From Raillietiella orientalis (Eukaryota), in NCBI GenBank assembly GCA_036172245.1, contig JAYWIR010000014.1:3844001-3908000 (forward strand): 64,000 bases of DNA. Reading direction: 5' to 3'. Both the position numbers and the translations under genes were made by a program. The notes under the pieces are model-generated. The model was not told the origin of the DNA, ran no database searches, and saw only the letters and a list, made by a program, of their open reading frames with translations. This document shows positions 61,138 through 64,000 of this stretch, piece after piece. Each line of letters starts with the position of its first letter. Position 1 is the stretch's first letter.

Positions 61138-64000
61138 CAATGTATCCCCCACGGGGGTTCTGCTGCATTCGTTTTAATTACTCTTGGTAATAGTTGTGCG
61201 TTGAAGGCGCTACGAAGTCGTATTGGGTTGTTCTGATAATGCTGAGATTGATTGCTATTCTGTTGTTATTTGAGAAACTGTTCGTCTTGGAATGGGAGAA
61301 CAACGCAAAAATTTCCCGAGTTGGTATTTCCATGGTGCCCGATTGGTGGGAACGAACAGTTTTGGAAACTGCTGATTCGAGTTCCATCTTAAGATGCGTT
61401 CAGTCGACACAATTATCGTATTAAATGATCAGTGACATTTCAGTATGAACCAAGACAGTCTTGGTCCTTCGCGGTTGAGGAGAAAGCCATTGATTATTTG
61501 TGACGTCTGTCGTATATCTCAATGTCTTGTGGTGATATCCTTTTTTGTAGAAGTTCTGGAAACATCTGCAGATTCGGCGTGATTCTGCGCATTCTGTTCT
61601 TTCTCCCAGAACACCGCTTTTCTTCTCTTAAGTTTAGCACCTGAAACAACATGTGCCTCAACTCGTCGTGGTTTCCTTGGGAGGAGGAGGTCTTCGGTCC
61701 TCAGCAAGTTTGCATGACGGTGCTTGGCATCATTGCCATCACTACTTGTGCACGTCAATGTGCTTTGTTTTCGAAACAAATTTGCCTTTCTGGGGACAAT
61801 CCGCTGTTCTACTCTAGTCATTCTCATCACTCTTTGAAGATTTACTAGGCATGGAAACACAAACAACATCGTGCGAACAATTTTTTTTCCATGCGGAAGT
61901 TGCTGCTGCTCAACTCGCAAAACATTTCAAAAACGAAAGGTAAAAGTGGGAGTGTTATTCCTGTGAAGTTTATAGAGTAAGAAGGGTGTATAAAAGTTGC
62001 GGTCGAACTTTCTTGTACAAAGCTTGGAGCCTATAATCCGTCTTACATTAGCTAAAGGCGTGATTACTCTTCATGTTTCATATGCATGTACACCACAGTT
62101 TGAGGACAGTCAGTTGCTCCGCTACCAAGCAGAAGTCGGAACAAGTTTGAATATATTCCAAAGTTTTGATTTGAAGGAAACTTGTTCCATTTTTCACATA
62201 TGGCCAGCGGCTGTTTGAAAACTTGAATTTCAAATCGGGTTTTGCTGCCCGGTGTATTTAGGGATTTTGAGGAATAGTGGATTTTGATGAGAACCATTAG
62301 GAACTGTCGAAATTGGTACGCAGATAATAGCAGGGGAGTAAAAGGTTAACTCCCGCACAAAGTGTATTCATTTGCGTTGTATATACGAGAGCGATTGCAG
62401 ACGCTACCGACATATCCCAAATAGGAATGAGTGCAAATGCAAAAAGTTAATGGCATTTTAGCAAAACAATTACAGGCACACAAAATTACGTTTTTTTTTT
62501 TTTTAAATTGTAGTTTTATATTGCCTAAATCACTGTTGACTCTAATGAAATCTTGTGAAAAAAGTTCACAACAAACTTATAAGCTTTCATGATTTCAGGA
62601 AAACTTTCCAAAATATTCGAAATTAGCTCTGTCCATAAAATCTGACAATCCCTTTGACCTTCCAAATATCGAGATAATTGCCAAATGCTGAGCCAGATTT
62701 GTGTTTCAGTGAACAGAAGGTCAACCGAAAAATCCGAAGACGTGTACATAGTAAATTATTATGTATTGGTTTTGTTAACGCCAATTTCGTTGAGAGTTAT
62801 CAGTTTAGCCGTTTTCATTTCAAGGGTGTAATCTCAATCTTATGCAAAGAAGTGTGAACCCTGGGCTGCTTGTAGGTTGCTTCTAGGGTGTTTTTGAGAT
62901 CACCTCAAAAGATCACAGCCCTACGTGCCTGCCTAAGATCTCAGTAACTTGGAATTCGAATCGCATCTCGTTAAAGTCGTCTCGTGAGCATTCAATCTGT
63001 AAGCCGCAGATCCATCCTCCGTGGTGCAAGTGCGGTTCTCTTGAAATAAAATAACGGATATAAACATTCGAAGCACATCGTTACGTTGTAAATGTTCGAA
63101 GTTGGATGTTTAACCGTTTATTTTCCCTCCCGAGGTGCAATTCGTTCCGTGTTTCGTAGTGTTCGTGGTGTTCAGTCAGAGAAACACAAAAGTACCATGG
63201 ATGCAGGCGTTTCCGAGCTTGTTTTTGGTTTCGAAATTTGTAGGAACATGATCTATAAGGAACGCTTAGACATGAAGAGATAACCCCTTTAGTCTTGGAG
63301 CTCGAAGATCATTTCTTTCATTTCTTTCCGAACGTGTACTTATTTCCTGTATTTCGTGGCGTTGTCATTTTTTTCTTCAATGCCTTTGCTTTCCTAGGGT
63401 TTAATAGTTTTTATCGAGTCCTAAGTTGATGTTAGCAAATATGTGCTTCCATAGTCGGATTCCTCGTGTGTCAGATATTTTTATTTGCTGTGCATTTATT
63501 TCGTTCGTATGGCATATATTTTTTTACCCCCCCCCCCATTGTGTGTAATGTTTGGCCAATGTTTTCAGCTTAATTAACAGTTATGTGTTCTCTGTAGAAC
63601 GAAAACTCTTTTGCTTCCCACCGTGGGTTTTTCAAATTTCTCGAAAGAGTAGCTTTCTGAGGTAACGTGAAATGGGCAAAATATGTTGCTTTCCACTTGC
63701 ATTTTCTAAAAGCAAAGGACTTTGAAAAGGACCATCAGGAAGCTCTTTTTTTTTTTTTTTTTTTTAAGGTAACCAGAATGTAAAGAAATACATTTCAAAC
63801 GAGGATGTGACCATTGTGGGGAGTTTTCGAGACTGGGGCTCCCTAAATTCCCTTCGCATTGGAAAGCAAAACATTCATAATCGTACTTCCAACCAGTAAA
63901 ATTAACAAAAAACAAAAACAAAAACAAATTGACCTCGTTCTGTTCGTAAATAATTTCAGGGAGAAGTGTGCGAAGCACTGTGTTTTTTTTGTTTTGTTTT

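Noticed and set aside
13790..64000. Frequent poly-A/T runs as retroelement tails
   Set aside because: Ubiquitous on both strands with no element bodies or target-site duplications.

Overview
Eukaryotic, animal (probably invertebrate) genomic DNA with spliceosomal introns; most ORFs in the supplied track are spurious or partial exons. The first ~11 kb is a GC-rich domain (~65-70% by eye) that grades over ~10.2-12.2 kb into AT-rich DNA (~30-45%). I reconstructed five multi-exon genes by hand with phase-consistent splicing: a 10-exon GMC oxidoreductase (minus, 2185-8679, 607 aa), a 7-PDZ GRIP scaffold (plus, at least 20878-33904), a PIERCE1/2-family axonemal protein (minus, 33934-34399, stop 29 nt from the GRIP stop), an MDR quinone-oxidoreductase-like gene (minus, 38341-40150) and NDC80 (plus, 45105-~47255). 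Most notable: a ~460-bp hairpin-rich insert at 48.56-49.02 kb resembling an RNA-virus 3' end, a candidate 33-nt cassette exon splitting the GMC FAD-binding motif, 37-57 nt introns often lacking polypyrimidine tracts, two GC-AG introns, a U2 snRNA 5' fragment, near-identical RFX X-boxes, and CpG-void domains suggesting gene-body methylation. Homology calls come from recalled motifs; no searches were run.
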